This document shows positions 38,101 through 48,200 of a stretch of 64,000 nucleotides of DNA, piece by piece (positions within the stretch are counted from its first letter, which is position 1; every line of letters begins with the position of its first letter). The translations under genes were made by a program, and so were the position numbers. The DNA lies in the NCBI GenBank assembly GCA_032718475.1, contig JAUCBJ010009158.1, positions 1 to 64,000 on the forward strand, read 5' to 3'. The stretch comes from Nemertoderma westbladi. Lineage: Eukaryota > Animalia > Xenacoelomorpha. The notes beneath the pieces were generated by a model. The model was given only the letters and a program-made list of their open reading frames with translations. It was not told where the DNA came from and did not search any database.

Positions 38101-39575
38101 GTCCCTTCTAACTCTCGGACCTGTTGGGAGGAGCGCATTTGATTCTCCTCCATCTTTCCGAGGAGAATGTCCATCCCCCGCCGTCTCTCGTCCACCCAAT
38201 CAACCGCCGAAACGGGATCCGCCAACGTTGTAGCGGGCGGACGAGGGACAACGGGCGACAAATCATGAATATTTCGCTCGGAGTCCAGAGCATGAACTGT
38301 CTCAGGGGCTGTTCTGCTGGGCACAGGTAGCTTAGTGCTGTGCAACGGGAATTGAGAGGTAGGTTCAGGGAGTACAGGTGTGTCTACGACCGAAAGGGTA
38401 GCTTCAGGAACAGGCCTAATTATTTCAGGCTCATCTACTATAGTAGGGAGTCTCTCTATTGTAATTATTTGGTCTGTGGGTTCTGTACTCGCTAAGTTGG
38501 TGTTATTTAGTTGCCTTCTAACAGCTGGAGGCAAATCAGGCAATTTCTGACGGTGGAATGTTCTTTTACGTCTGCTTAGGCGAGATCGATTTCCTCCGCC
38601 TTCAGGATCGGTAGTATCGCCTTCCTCAGATGATGTATACCCCTGTCTTTTGGGTGTAGATCGACTCATCATCTGCATATTACTAGCTGTTAACTGTTTA
38701 TTGAAGTTGTCTTGCCTCTCTTGAAGAATTTCCAACTCTAGTTGGGTTGCCTCTTCAGATGCCCTCCGTTCTGCTTCTACCACTGCCTCTGCTGTTGCCA
38801 GTGCCGCCTTTCTTTCCGCTTCGGCCTCTGCCACTGCCACTGCCACTGCCGCTTTTCTTTCGGCTTCTGCCGCTGCCACTGCTGCTGCCACTGCCGCTGT
38901 CTTTCTATCTTCTATACGTTTTTTCTTTACTTGTTCTTCCTGGACTCGTGTGATGCGGAGTTGTTCATCGTATTTAGCTTGATTCGCCGCTAACATTTCC
39001 GCATCGATTGCGTCCAGCACAAGCTTGGTTCCTTCACTATTAGGGCTAAGTCCATCTAACCTTCTCCTCAACTCGTCATCCCCTAAAAAACGTTGATAGT
39101 CTGACAGATAGATGTCAATGGCATCTCTCTTTTGCGGTTTCTCTGCCGTCGCTTCGCTTTCTTCTTGAGAAGAAGTGGCGTCGGTTGATTCTTCATAGGT
39201 TGGCCGCTCATCATAAACCTTATCCGCCATCTTCGCTCCGCGCTCGGGCGTCCGCTCAACAGTATCCGAACTACTGGAGCTGTCGGACCGCTGAGAAACA
39301 AGTTCCTGGCTCGCGGGTTGTTGCTGTTCCGCTGCTTCTTGGTCTCGCTTGACCTGAGCTCGAGTGCCTATGATAGACCTACGATGTTGGACCAGCCTCG
39401 GTTCTGTTATTACTACTGTAGGGATGACCTTGCTTACAGTAGGAGGGGACTTGGACTTTGGTCTCAGACGCTCTATACTCTTAGCTGAGTCCCAGATCTT
39501 TTTAAGACCCTGTCTAACACTCATTCTAGCACTTTCTAAGAGACTATCTGACAGTGATTGGGTTGTGTCAGACAT
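35124..39575 (-). CDS. gag: BEL-B Gag-protease polyprotein (1483 aa) with in-frame deletion of RT/RNase H and no integrase
   Basis: KFNGDEMKWLPF (DUF1759-type), CVLCDGPHRLNAC..CYNCLRRGH..CAKCGAKHHILLH, ALLDSGSTGTFI, ILIGQN, then a direct jump to the RNase H tail QWRYCP..NPTDIASKG. Confidence 0.93.
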   Translation of the reverse strand: MSDTTQSLSDSLLESARMSVRQGLKKIWDSAKSIERLRPKSKSPPTVSKVIPTVVITEPRLVQHRRSIIGTRAQVKRDQEAAEQQQPASQELVSQRSDSSSSSDTVERTPERGAKMADKVYDERPTYEESTDATSSQEESEATAEKPQKRDAIDIYLSDYQRFLGDDELRRRLDGLSPNSEGTKLVLDAIDAEMLAANQAKYDEQLRITRVQEEQVKKKRIEDRKTAAVAAAVAAAEAERKAAVAVAVAEAEAERKAALATAEAVVEAERRASEEATQLELEILQERQDNFNKQLTASNMQMMSRSTPKRQGYTSSEEGDTTDPEGGGNRSRLSRRKRTFHRQKLPDLPPAVRRQLNNTNLASTEPTDQIITIERLPTIVDEPEIIRPVPEATLSVVDTPVLPEPTSQFPLHSTKLPVPSRTAPETVHALDSERNIHDLSPVVPRPPATTLADPVSAVDWVDERRRGMDILLGKMEENQMRSSQQVRELEGTVQQLKGTVKESRLELQEVQQNIVLERDKLVNLQKGIPPPLVTMCQPVRSEVSHAQGVEPTRIYTASEVETPIVNPIKGNYRPVDNDIPYRPDHNPRNLYTDNSILNNTMAQESFTRQMARTEARQAVKVGEIVKFNGDEMKWLPFNEYYKDNIQNSVLSNGEKLRFLIECLEGSPKLMALKFIGHPDGLRQVWDTLNIRYGNRNNIAKYLYAKLVAPRKFISSGIIEFSDEIQEICRQLDWLGKSHEYQSSMVIGAVASTLPKGGVGTRWDKKVLYMMEQQRRDPTMADLMSFLDGEVKLQLLKQSREKTPENKVSEKPLSRRKVTPVCYTDDGESQTSQGEDSGKDTDRSYYVNKMPKDQVSKSKSRPNDRREPVQKTPPTSPKRIQVRKPEERTSVHHTAHVKVSNIKPKCVLCDGPHRLNACDKFLRKSLKDRREVMWDKRLCYNCLRRGHQRRTCYSDARCAKCGAKHHILLHTEFERNSPSQVSESELHVQFSDVNDTDQSEMEGFYTDEFSDENESCYLINTTAVYRALMYEKDTDSDLTLTTSDQQPSWKAPTSNIGIREFPVVQLRVHGPQKSYIVNALLDSGSTGTFIDKELAEVIFAGQPKFRTKLNMSGIMPVWNSTVAADYYIGELSTPQDKLGEYSIRSVKMVAIKNFATTQVEPYNWDEDDHAQQLNIPRFDTDYPGVQILIGQNAHEALETLEKRPTQLQPLQTYAVRTRVGWYLTGPSRRTLRERLLQDRVCQVSEWEDDTSEGDDPTEGTPHSSDNDNLSSNVDQWRYCPKKFNPTDIASKGATPQELTDTTDRLGEPDFLSKEDEWPPHLTPTEIRPAKGAEKVKPKTRTGGSELFEPGIDLSVLHIARDDAVDLDLPTASGSFMKIRGSDWSSGTSDVSQGLLPLLQGATDHYSSWNRLCKAVVYLERCFYRHYSRTKRKPGIVFGMQRLNRPAGRLCLPEGNGGLSGNCGRQDSLPTTTSLILQTSRDSIT

Positions 39576-40904
39576 ATTTACTTGTACAGTTGAATGCCTA
39601 CTGCTATGATTACAGCTAAAGCAAGTCTAGTAATTCAGTATCACTGTTAGCCTAGTAATTAATTACCGATACTGCTACTCAGTGTAGCGTGATATATATA
39701 ATATATTAGAATACCGGTATGCTTATAGTATATATAACTATATAAGTATTATTACAGACCAGGTTTATCACAGAATACCGGTACAATTTTAGCACAAATA
39801 TATATAAATATATAATAGGCCTATCGTGAATACCGGTATACAGCTTACACTTATAATGTATATATATAAGTATAATTATAGACGAGAATTAATTACAGAA
39901 TACCGGTATGGTTTCAACCTAAAATTTATAGAAATAAATATAATAAGCCTATCGTAAATACCGGTATGTCAATTATTTTAGAATAATTGAATTTCTGAAT
40001 TTTAAGGGTTACTTGGTTACTTTAACTTACTTTATTACCGTTATTTAAGCAGTAGTCCAACTGATATTGAGACCTAATTATTGTATGGCAGGCCTACTAT
40101 TTATAAATCGTTTGAGTTGATTTATAATATATATATACCCGTTTTAATGGGTTTTGTCAATGTTTGAAATAAATGTTATTATTTCTGGGGAGTAATCACT
40201 ACACAAAGCGGTGCGCTTTCAGTGAAGTGTTACTTATAGGACACTAAAACAAATAATTCTAATTTACCTAAGTTACTTAATACTACAAATTACGTACGAT
40301 TCGGGTTGAGATTACAATCTCTAAATAAACACAAAAATTTACAAAAAACACAAAATACGAATTTTCAGGGTAATTTTACAAGAAGTCTACAAACCAGCCT
40401 AACAAAGGGTTAGAATTCTGGTTATTACAACGGACAGGGTACTACGGTATTTGAAATAATAAGTAGTAGTAAATACACTGCGTTGTCCAGATAGGAAAAT
40501 ACCACCGCCTGACGACCTATAGCCGTATCGCTATAGGTTCTACGTTATGTATCACGGAGTGTTCCTACCTAGAAGTTAATAGAGCTAATCGAACGTGCCT
40601 ATCAACCACTTTACAACACAAATATAATGCCTACACTAATTACTTTCGGTAAGCACTGTACACTAAACCCTAAATTAGGTACGAGTACTTGTACAACATA
40701 TAATCAGTAGTTAAATATACTTGAACAGCTAAAAGAACCACGGCATCTGCTGGAGTGACCGGTGCACAAAATCACCAGTCTTTACCTACGCCAAGCAGCC
40801 CGTGTAGTACCGGGGTTAATTTAACTATAGCGGTATGTATAACAAACACAATTACTGTAGGAACAAACTTGGGGAATGAATGTTGCGGATAATCGCATAA
40901 ACTC

Positions 40905-41480
40905 TGAATAATAAATATTACGCTACGCGTACAAACTACTCAAACAAAATGCAGACCGAACACTGACAGACTACTATCAAGCCTAAACAAACTACGGTAT
41001 ATGCAGACTCCGAAATAATTAGGTAGTATGCGTTCTAACCCAGTAGTACGACTTATTCTTTAATTGGGGGTTTACCTTACAGCATTCGCTGCCCCTACTT
41101 CCTAACCGTTCTTTATCGGACAAGTGATCTACACACGCTGCAATCCGTTCAGACCTAATAACAGCCAGACAACTATCCAGCCTACAAATTATCTAAATAA
41201 AATTATACGCTACCCGTACAGACTTACACAAACAAAGTACAGACTAAACGATGGCAGACTACTCTCAAGCCTAAATAAACTACAGGACATGCAGACTCCG
41301 AAATAATTAGGTAGTATGCGTTCTAACCCAGTAGTACGACTTATTCTTTAATTGGGGGTTTACCTTACAGCATTCGCTGCCCCTTCTTCCTAACCGTTCT
41401 TTATCGGACAGGTGATCTACACACACTGCAATCCGTTCAGACTTAACAGCAATCAGACAACAGCTCAGCCTACAAATTGT
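40905..41480. repeat. ~290-bp tandem duplication in the BEL-B 5' leader
   Basis: ATGCAGACTCCGAAATAATTAGGTAG..CAGCCTACAAATT occurs at ~41001 and ~41289. Confidence 0.85.
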
Positions 41481-41840
41481 CTGTACAATCTGATCAGGCT
41501 TACACGTCTTCTGTTCAATACTGGCCTACAAACAAATAAAACTTGACAGAAATAAGTAAAATCTCAATAAAAAACCAGGGCGGCCGTTCCCTGATTAAGT
41601 ACTAAGACCTACCGGTATACAACAATCAAATCGAATAATACTAATGTACTTATACGGGAAGTACCGGTTAGGACAGTTAGGCCTACGGACCTACAGAAGT
41701 ACCGGTTCTGGCAGTTGGACCTACGGGCCTACAGCAGTACCAGTTCTTGCAGTTGGGCCTACTGACCTACAGAAGTACCGGTTCAAGTTTACCGGTTGAC
41801 CGGTATTTTCAACTTTATTGCTTACTGCAATAAAGAAGCA

Positions 41841-41851
41841 ATATCCGTTAT
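41841..41851 (-). promoter_or_regulatory. BEL-B putative self-priming PBS
   Basis: ATAACGGATAT directly follows the 5' LTR on the minus strand and is complementary to LTR 42587-42597. No TGG-type PBS. Confidence 0.65.
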
Positions 41852-43101
41852 TGTTCGCGCTTTCAGACCTTTGGCAGTTTAACCCGCCAAATTAGGATGT
41901 CTTCTAGATAATAAATCGCTTTAGCCTCTAACAAGTATTTGATTCACTACACTAGTTGAAACCAATCTGTGCGCGATCATTCACCGTTGGATATACCCGG
42001 GAGATTGATTTCGACAGCTTAATCGTATTGCTATGTAAGCCTAATGTATTATTCGACTGACAGTATTATATAATCTCTGACAATATTATTCACCTTCGGG
42101 GAATATTAACAGTTCCTTTAGGACGTGGCGCTCTATCTATATAAACAGAGTTATGACTTAAACTACTCACAACGATATGGATTAGTTACAATTCACATAT
42201 ATGGCGCATTCTTTAGGAAATGCTTCGTTATCAGTCTCACTCATACACAGTGCCGCACAATACTGCACACTGATCTGCCGATCTTCACTGATTTTAGACA
42301 CATATAAAAGGAACACGGACCGAATCATGTAGGGTCTATCAAATAACATTAGATTCACTTCAAACCACTTTAACATAAGTCACAATCGTTTATCTGTAAC
42401 CTTTCTCTCTTACCTTCGGTATATCAAGAATATTGGGTTTCGGGGTTATTTCTCGTTATTCCAAATATAATAATTCATCCACAAATATAATGAATAACCG
42501 ACAGCAAAGCAGTAATGTTAAGTTAAGTTGCACAGTATGGGCCAATTAACCAGTTTGTTTTGAGTTAAGACAATCAGTCAGTTTTGATAACGGATATATG
42601 TCCTTATAATTAAGCCTACTAGTGTAAGGCTAAAGCATAAAAGCACAAAATACTCTAAAGCCGTTCTTCCTGGCTTAGAATCACCAACAACACTGATAAG
42701 AATAACTATAAGAATACCAGCTACCCTTATTCCACGAAGCTCCCGTCCAACACAGAGAAAGAGCAGTGAGATAGGAAAATTCAGTTCAGTAGCTCTGTGA
42801 TAGGTCAAAATCAAAGCTAACTCAAATTCTATTGGCAGATACAGAAAGCTGCAACGTGGCAATATCAGCCGTTAGCCGTCGTCATGGTAGCGACACTGTT
42901 TTCAAGAGTATCGAGCTTTTTACGTCATGAAATTGCAGATTATGTCCTCTAAAGTACAAATACAGTTCAAATACAGAAGAAATGACTTTTATGTCCTCTA
43001 AAACACCAGTACAGCAAGGACACGGCCTTTTTATGCCTGGCAAACCAACTACAGAGTACTTTAAGGGAAAATAACCGGTTAATGACGCAAAAGCTTTTAC
43101 A
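41852..43101 (-). repeat. BEL-B 5' LTR
   Basis: Direct repeat of 30812-32062. Confidence 0.96.
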
Positions 43102-43458
43102 GCAGCTTATCATGTCCCAGTGGATTCACAAGATGATAACGACATCTACTCAACAAAGACATGGAAGCAAGGTCAGATACTAGCGACTCGCTTTTGGAAC
43201 GAATGGATAACTGGTTATATCTGTCTTCTTCAAGACAGAAAGGACTGGACACGACAACAGCGTGATGTGAAAGTCAATGACGTTGTTCTTATCTCACAAG
43301 AAATTATCCCTCGATCACAGTGGCCTTGGGGACGGATTACACGTGTGTACCCTGATGAATACGGCAATGTTCGTTCTGTCGACATTCTAACCCATAGCAG
43401 TGGAACCATTTATAAACGTTCTATACATGACCTTATTATGCTTGAGGCAGACATATAA
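43102..43458 (+). pseudogene. BEL-A integrase C-terminus (DUF5641-type)
   Basis: RFWNEWITGYI..LQDRKDW..DVVLI..WPWGRITRVYPDEYGNVRSVDI..KRSIHDL. Confidence 0.93.
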
Positions 43459-44592
43459 TATGAGCCAACTCTATTATTGAACTCGAATTGTTTCATTAAC
43501 CATTTACTTTGGAATTATAATTTACAAATTTGTTTCTATTATTTTTTTTCGATAAAAATAATCTAGAAAATTTTTGGATTGTTTATGAGAGTTTTGTATA
43601 GTAAAATTTATAAAGACCCATAAATATAAAACAAGCATATATTTCATGATGTTAGACCTTTAAACAAGAAAACCATTCTTGTTCTGTCTCCCAGAAATTC
43701 ATATAATTCAAATATTCCCGATTTAAAATTCATTATATCATTATTTTTAGATTTGAAGGCCGGTATTTATAAATCCCCCATCAAAATGTGTTTGTTTTGG
43801 GAACATTTTCTACATTATATTTCCATATTTTGTGCTGTATGAAGACTCGTACCTTATTGGATTTTTGGCTAATTTAATTAATAGTCCCACATCATCCCTT
43901 TTGACCCAGAGGCACTTGACGACGTCCGGTAGTCTCTGTGGTTTTCATATGTAGGCTACCCGTGATCCCCTTACAAGGCTCCCGGCGGGTTAGCTGACCA
44001 TTTACAGTAGTTCAATTAATACCTCATTTAAACAGTAGGCAGCCCGTGATCCCCTTACAAGGCTCTCGGCGGGTTAGCTGACCATATCATACGCCGAAGT
44101 CCAATATTGTTTCGTGTTTTCCATTTCCAGCAGAGTCCTGATTAAAATAGAGTTACACTTTATTAGTGTTCCAATCAGAAACGCAATCTTGCTTTCCTCC
44201 TTGACATTTCAATTATCCCCCACCACAACAGCCTTCAAACTCTATAAATATCCAATTGTTGTAAGTTTATGAGCCATTTTAAATTTCTGGGCGACACACA
44301 AGAGGTTATTTTCGATTTAAAAAGAAAGGCTCTAATTATTATGACATGTTTTGTAATTATATAATTTAGGAAAACGAAAGTGAAAGTTTTTTAGAACGTT
44401 AAGACCCATTTGCTTTACGGTGTCGGTACATACTACAAAGCACTCAGTGAAGTCCATGTTTATATTAATTTTTGGAAATCAAATTCATATCAAATTTCGT
44501 AATACATATTTTTTTTATCGAAGAAGAATAATTATTATTTTAGATTTTCCTTTTATATCATGTTAAAGTAATGCAATTCGCGAGCGAAATTG

Positions 44593-44621
44593 CAGAGGGG
44601 ACTGTCACGGCTGTAGCATGC
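44593..44621 (+). repeat. BEL-A polypurine tract and 19-bp stub of the 3' LTR
   Basis: AGAGGGGA-C-TGTCACGGCTGTAGCATGC; the last 15 nt equal 11678-11692. Confidence 0.85.
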
Positions 44622-44971
44622 TGTTGGTGTAAGTACACTGTTGGTGTAATTGATCCAGCAGTTCAACTACGCGTAGCCCTAGTTCACATGCACACAGCAT
44701 GGATATGTATATATATGCTTACCGGTACCTACCGCCATCTTTATGCATTTGCTGTTTACCTACTGCTGTACTGGTTAGCAAAGTAGTACTTACCTTTACC
44801 GGTCTGTTGCACATTACCTGATTACCGTGTACCGGTACCGCTGCTGTGCTGTGGTGTTATCTTATATATATACACTATATCAGTTATATGATTATTATCT
44901 ATCCTATCTGATATCAGTTGTTGTTGTTACAACCAACCTACAGTTACCAGGTTACCCTTTTACCTTTGGCG

Positions 44972-44985
44972 TGGTGGCAGCGGTG
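44972..44985 (+). promoter_or_regulatory. PBS complementary to the tRNA-Leu 3' end
   Basis: TGGTGGCAGCGGTG is the complement of CACCGCTGCCA-CCA, the 3' end of metazoan tRNA-Leu(AAG/TAG). Confidence 0.85.
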
Positions 44986-45297
44986 CGCTACGTTCTTACG
45001 TTCTCATACTGTGATACCTACAATCCACACCTTACCGCAACAGACCCGTGGATTGTACTCATTTCTGCCTTCCACTTACGCTTCACTACTGCAGTACCGG
45101 TAGGCCTACCAGTCAACCTTCTCGTACACCCCAGTCCAGGGTTGTATCAGGGCACATAGGCCTACTTATCAGTTTATATTCAGACATTCGTTCAGGTTCA
45201 GCTTCACTACCGGTAGACATTTCACACACTCCAGTCTGCCAATCCAGGGTTGCAGGGCACATAGCAGCATAGGCCTATCACTCTCACAAACTGAACA

Positions 45298-48200
45298 ATG
45301 GCTCTAAAAGCTCCGAAATTACTCCCTCTTACCAAGACGGAAAGTATCAGTTCCTATGAGGCCTGGCGGGCCAATTTAATTTACAACCTTGCCCTGGATC
45401 CGGAGTTTGCACGTTTCACCGATCCTACCGCCGTGTGGTTGAAACAGTCACATATCACACCCACACGCGGTCTTGCCCGTCCCTGTCAATCGTCGTCGCA
45501 CAGCTATTCAACAATGTACTTCATTACAACTGATGTTAGGCCAGATTGCCAACTACGCACCTATTATAGCTCGGAATTCTATTGTTCGTGACTCTACTTC
45601 CCTCTCTTCTGTGTGGCAAGCCATACGTCTGCACTATGGTTTTCAGTCCTCTGGTGCTCAATTCCTGGCCTTTTGTGACATCAAGTTAGAACACGAGGAG
45701 CGCCCTGAAGATCTATTTCAGCGCCTCCTGGCGTTTACAGATGATAACCTTCTTAAACATGATGGTGGTATCTCACACCATGGTCTTATACCGGATATTG
45801 ATGAGGAAGTAACCCCCTCCCTAGAAAACTTTGTTGTACTTACCTGGCTTAGATTAATGCACCCAGACCTCCCCCGTTTAGTACAACAACGTTATGGTAC
45901 ATTACTCCGGTCCCGTACTCTTGCTTCAATTAAGTCTGAGGTCTCACAAGCACTTAGTTCCCTCCTTGACGAGCTTCAAACTTCTGCAGAGGTAAGAACT
46001 TTTCGGTCTTATACTCGCGATTCTCGCTCATTTGGCTCAGCCAATGCACCTAGGTCAACAGGACGGGCAGCTACACGACTACCACGTTGCTGTCCTTTGT
46101 GTTCCCAGGCAAAGCGATCCCCCACTGATCACTTCCTTAGTAACTGCAAGTTCCTACCAGAATCTGATCGCCGTTACCTTGCCCGTGCACGACTTGTGCA
46201 CATTGATGATTCTGAGTTTGATCATATTCCCCATATCGAGCTTCAGCCTGAACCAGAGGAAACCCGATCCCCCTCAATCCAACGAGTTGCAGTACATTCT
46301 AGTCCTATCTTCGAAGCTGCCATTCATGGAAAAACAGTCCCTCTTCTTATTGATAGTGGAGCAGAATCCAATTTAATTTCTAGCATTACTGCCAAACGTA
46401 TCGGTGTCCATATATCCCCTAACAACCTACAGATTCCTGCACAGGCTGATGGATCCCCACTCACAGGTGTTATGGGTGAAAGCCGTTTTACCCTAACCCG
46501 CCGCAGTCTTTCCTTCCAATTCCATGGCTTAGTTGTATCTGATCTTGGTACCCCAATTCTGGCTGGTATGCCATTCCTGTCTGTCAATGATATTACCTTA
46601 CGCCCAGCTCGTTCCTTAATTACCTTTGTGGATGGTTCTACCTATGAGTATGGTAGTGGCTCTCGCCCACCTCCTACTGTCCGCCGTGTTAGTCCTTATT
46701 TGCTTAGGGCCCCACCTTGTTCCACAGTAGTCCTTCCTGGTGAATCCCTCCAGCTCACCCTCCCAACAGACCTTCAGGCTTCCTCGGCTGTACTTATCGC
46801 GCCCCACAGAGTGAATGATATCCTCCATTATGAGTCTGCCCCAAAGTGGATTCGACCAACATTATGTATGGTCTCAAATGGTGCTTTAATGCTTCCTAAC
46901 CATTCCACCCACCCAGTAAAAGTCACGAGGAACTCTCATTTGTGTTCTGTTATTGCTACTAACCCAACTGTCCCCTCTGATTTAAATCCAACTGTCCTGT
47001 TTACCACACCCACCCAAACAAGTCGCACTACTACTGATAAACCTACATACCATATTGACTCTGTCCAGTTAGACCCAGATTGTATTACCAGGAACGAGCT
47101 TGTTTCCATGATATATTGAAAGAATATCAGGATGTGTTCGACCCCTCCTTCCCGGGTTACAATGGACAGGCTGGCCCTTTTGAGTCTGTGGTTAATGTTG
47201 GCCCCTCCTTGCCCCCCCAACATAAGGGACGTATACCCCAATATTCACGTGACCGTCTTGTTGAGTTACAATCCCGATTTGATGCCCTGGAACAGTTAGG
47301 AGTTTTTGCAACCCCTGAGGCCGCTGGTGTCACAGTAGAGTATTTAAACCCATCTTTTCTTGTGGCAAAACCGAATGGAGGGACACGTCTCGTCACTGCT
47401 TTTACAGAGGTAGCCAAGTATTGTAAGCCTCCCCCTGCATTGCTACCTGACGTGGATTCCACTCTTCGTTCCCTTGGCCGTTTTAAATATCTCATTAAAT
47501 CAGATCTAACCAGTGCTTTCTTTCAGATACCCTTACAGCATGCTTCAAAGCGTTTTTGTGGCGTTGTTACCCCATTCCGTGGTGTTCGTGTTTATCAACG
47601 CTGCGCCATGGGGATGCCAGGCTCAGAAACTGCCCTGGATGAGTTGATGACACGTGTTCTTGGTGACTTACTGTGCAAGGGTAATGTCTTAAAGCTGGCT
47701 GATGATCTATATTGCGGGGGTGACACCATTTCTGATCTACTTGTCACTTTCTCTGCTCTTCTCACTTCCCTTAAGAATTGTGATCTTCGCCTTTCAGCAT
47801 CTAAGACTGTAATATGCCCTCGTACCACCACAATTCTTGGATGGCAATGGTCTAACGGTACTCTTTCTGCCTCATCCCATATAACATCTGCACTGTCAAG
47901 TTGTCCTTCTCCAACTACAACACGATCCCTTCGATCCTTTCTTGGATCTTATAAAGTATTGGCACGAGTCTTGCCACACTGTTCCGCCTTAGTGGGTCCA
48001 TTAGACACTCTACTCACTGAGAAACCTGGTGATAACCTTGAGTGGACACCAGAATTACTCTCTATATTTCGCCGAGCCCAGGCTGCAATAAAGTCATGCC
48101 GTTCAATTACAATCCCCAGTCCTTCAGATGAGCTTTACATTGTAACTGATGCTGCCTCTAGTATTGATGGCCTTGGAGCTGTAATGTATGCCAAACGGGA

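Larger units (their letters stand above)
30812..43101 (-). mobile_element. Non-autonomous BEL/Pao LTR retrotransposon (BEL-B), 12.3 kb, encoding only Gag and protease
   Basis: ~1250-bp TG..CA LTRs with about four differences seen. 5-bp TSD GCAGC (30807-30811, 43102-43106). PPT GGGAGCGG (minus, 32063-32070). Confidence 0.96.
11678..44621 (+). mobile_element. BEL/Pao LTR retrotransposon (BEL-A), defective, expanded to 33 kb by three nested insertions
   Basis: gag, PR, RT-RH and IN fragments rejoin across TSDs (SIST|YALLDGGS, QVTI|LLGRD, LQRAA|YHVP). ACGGCTGTAGCATGC is shared by 11678-11692 and the post-PPT 3' LTR stub at 44607-44621. Confidence 0.93.

Noticed and set aside
44622-44631. TGTTGG at 44622 as a canonical TG start of the Gypsy-3 5' LTR
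   Set aside because: The 3' LTR has different sequence here, the flanks (CATGC versus GAAGA) give no TSD, and the right end has no CA.
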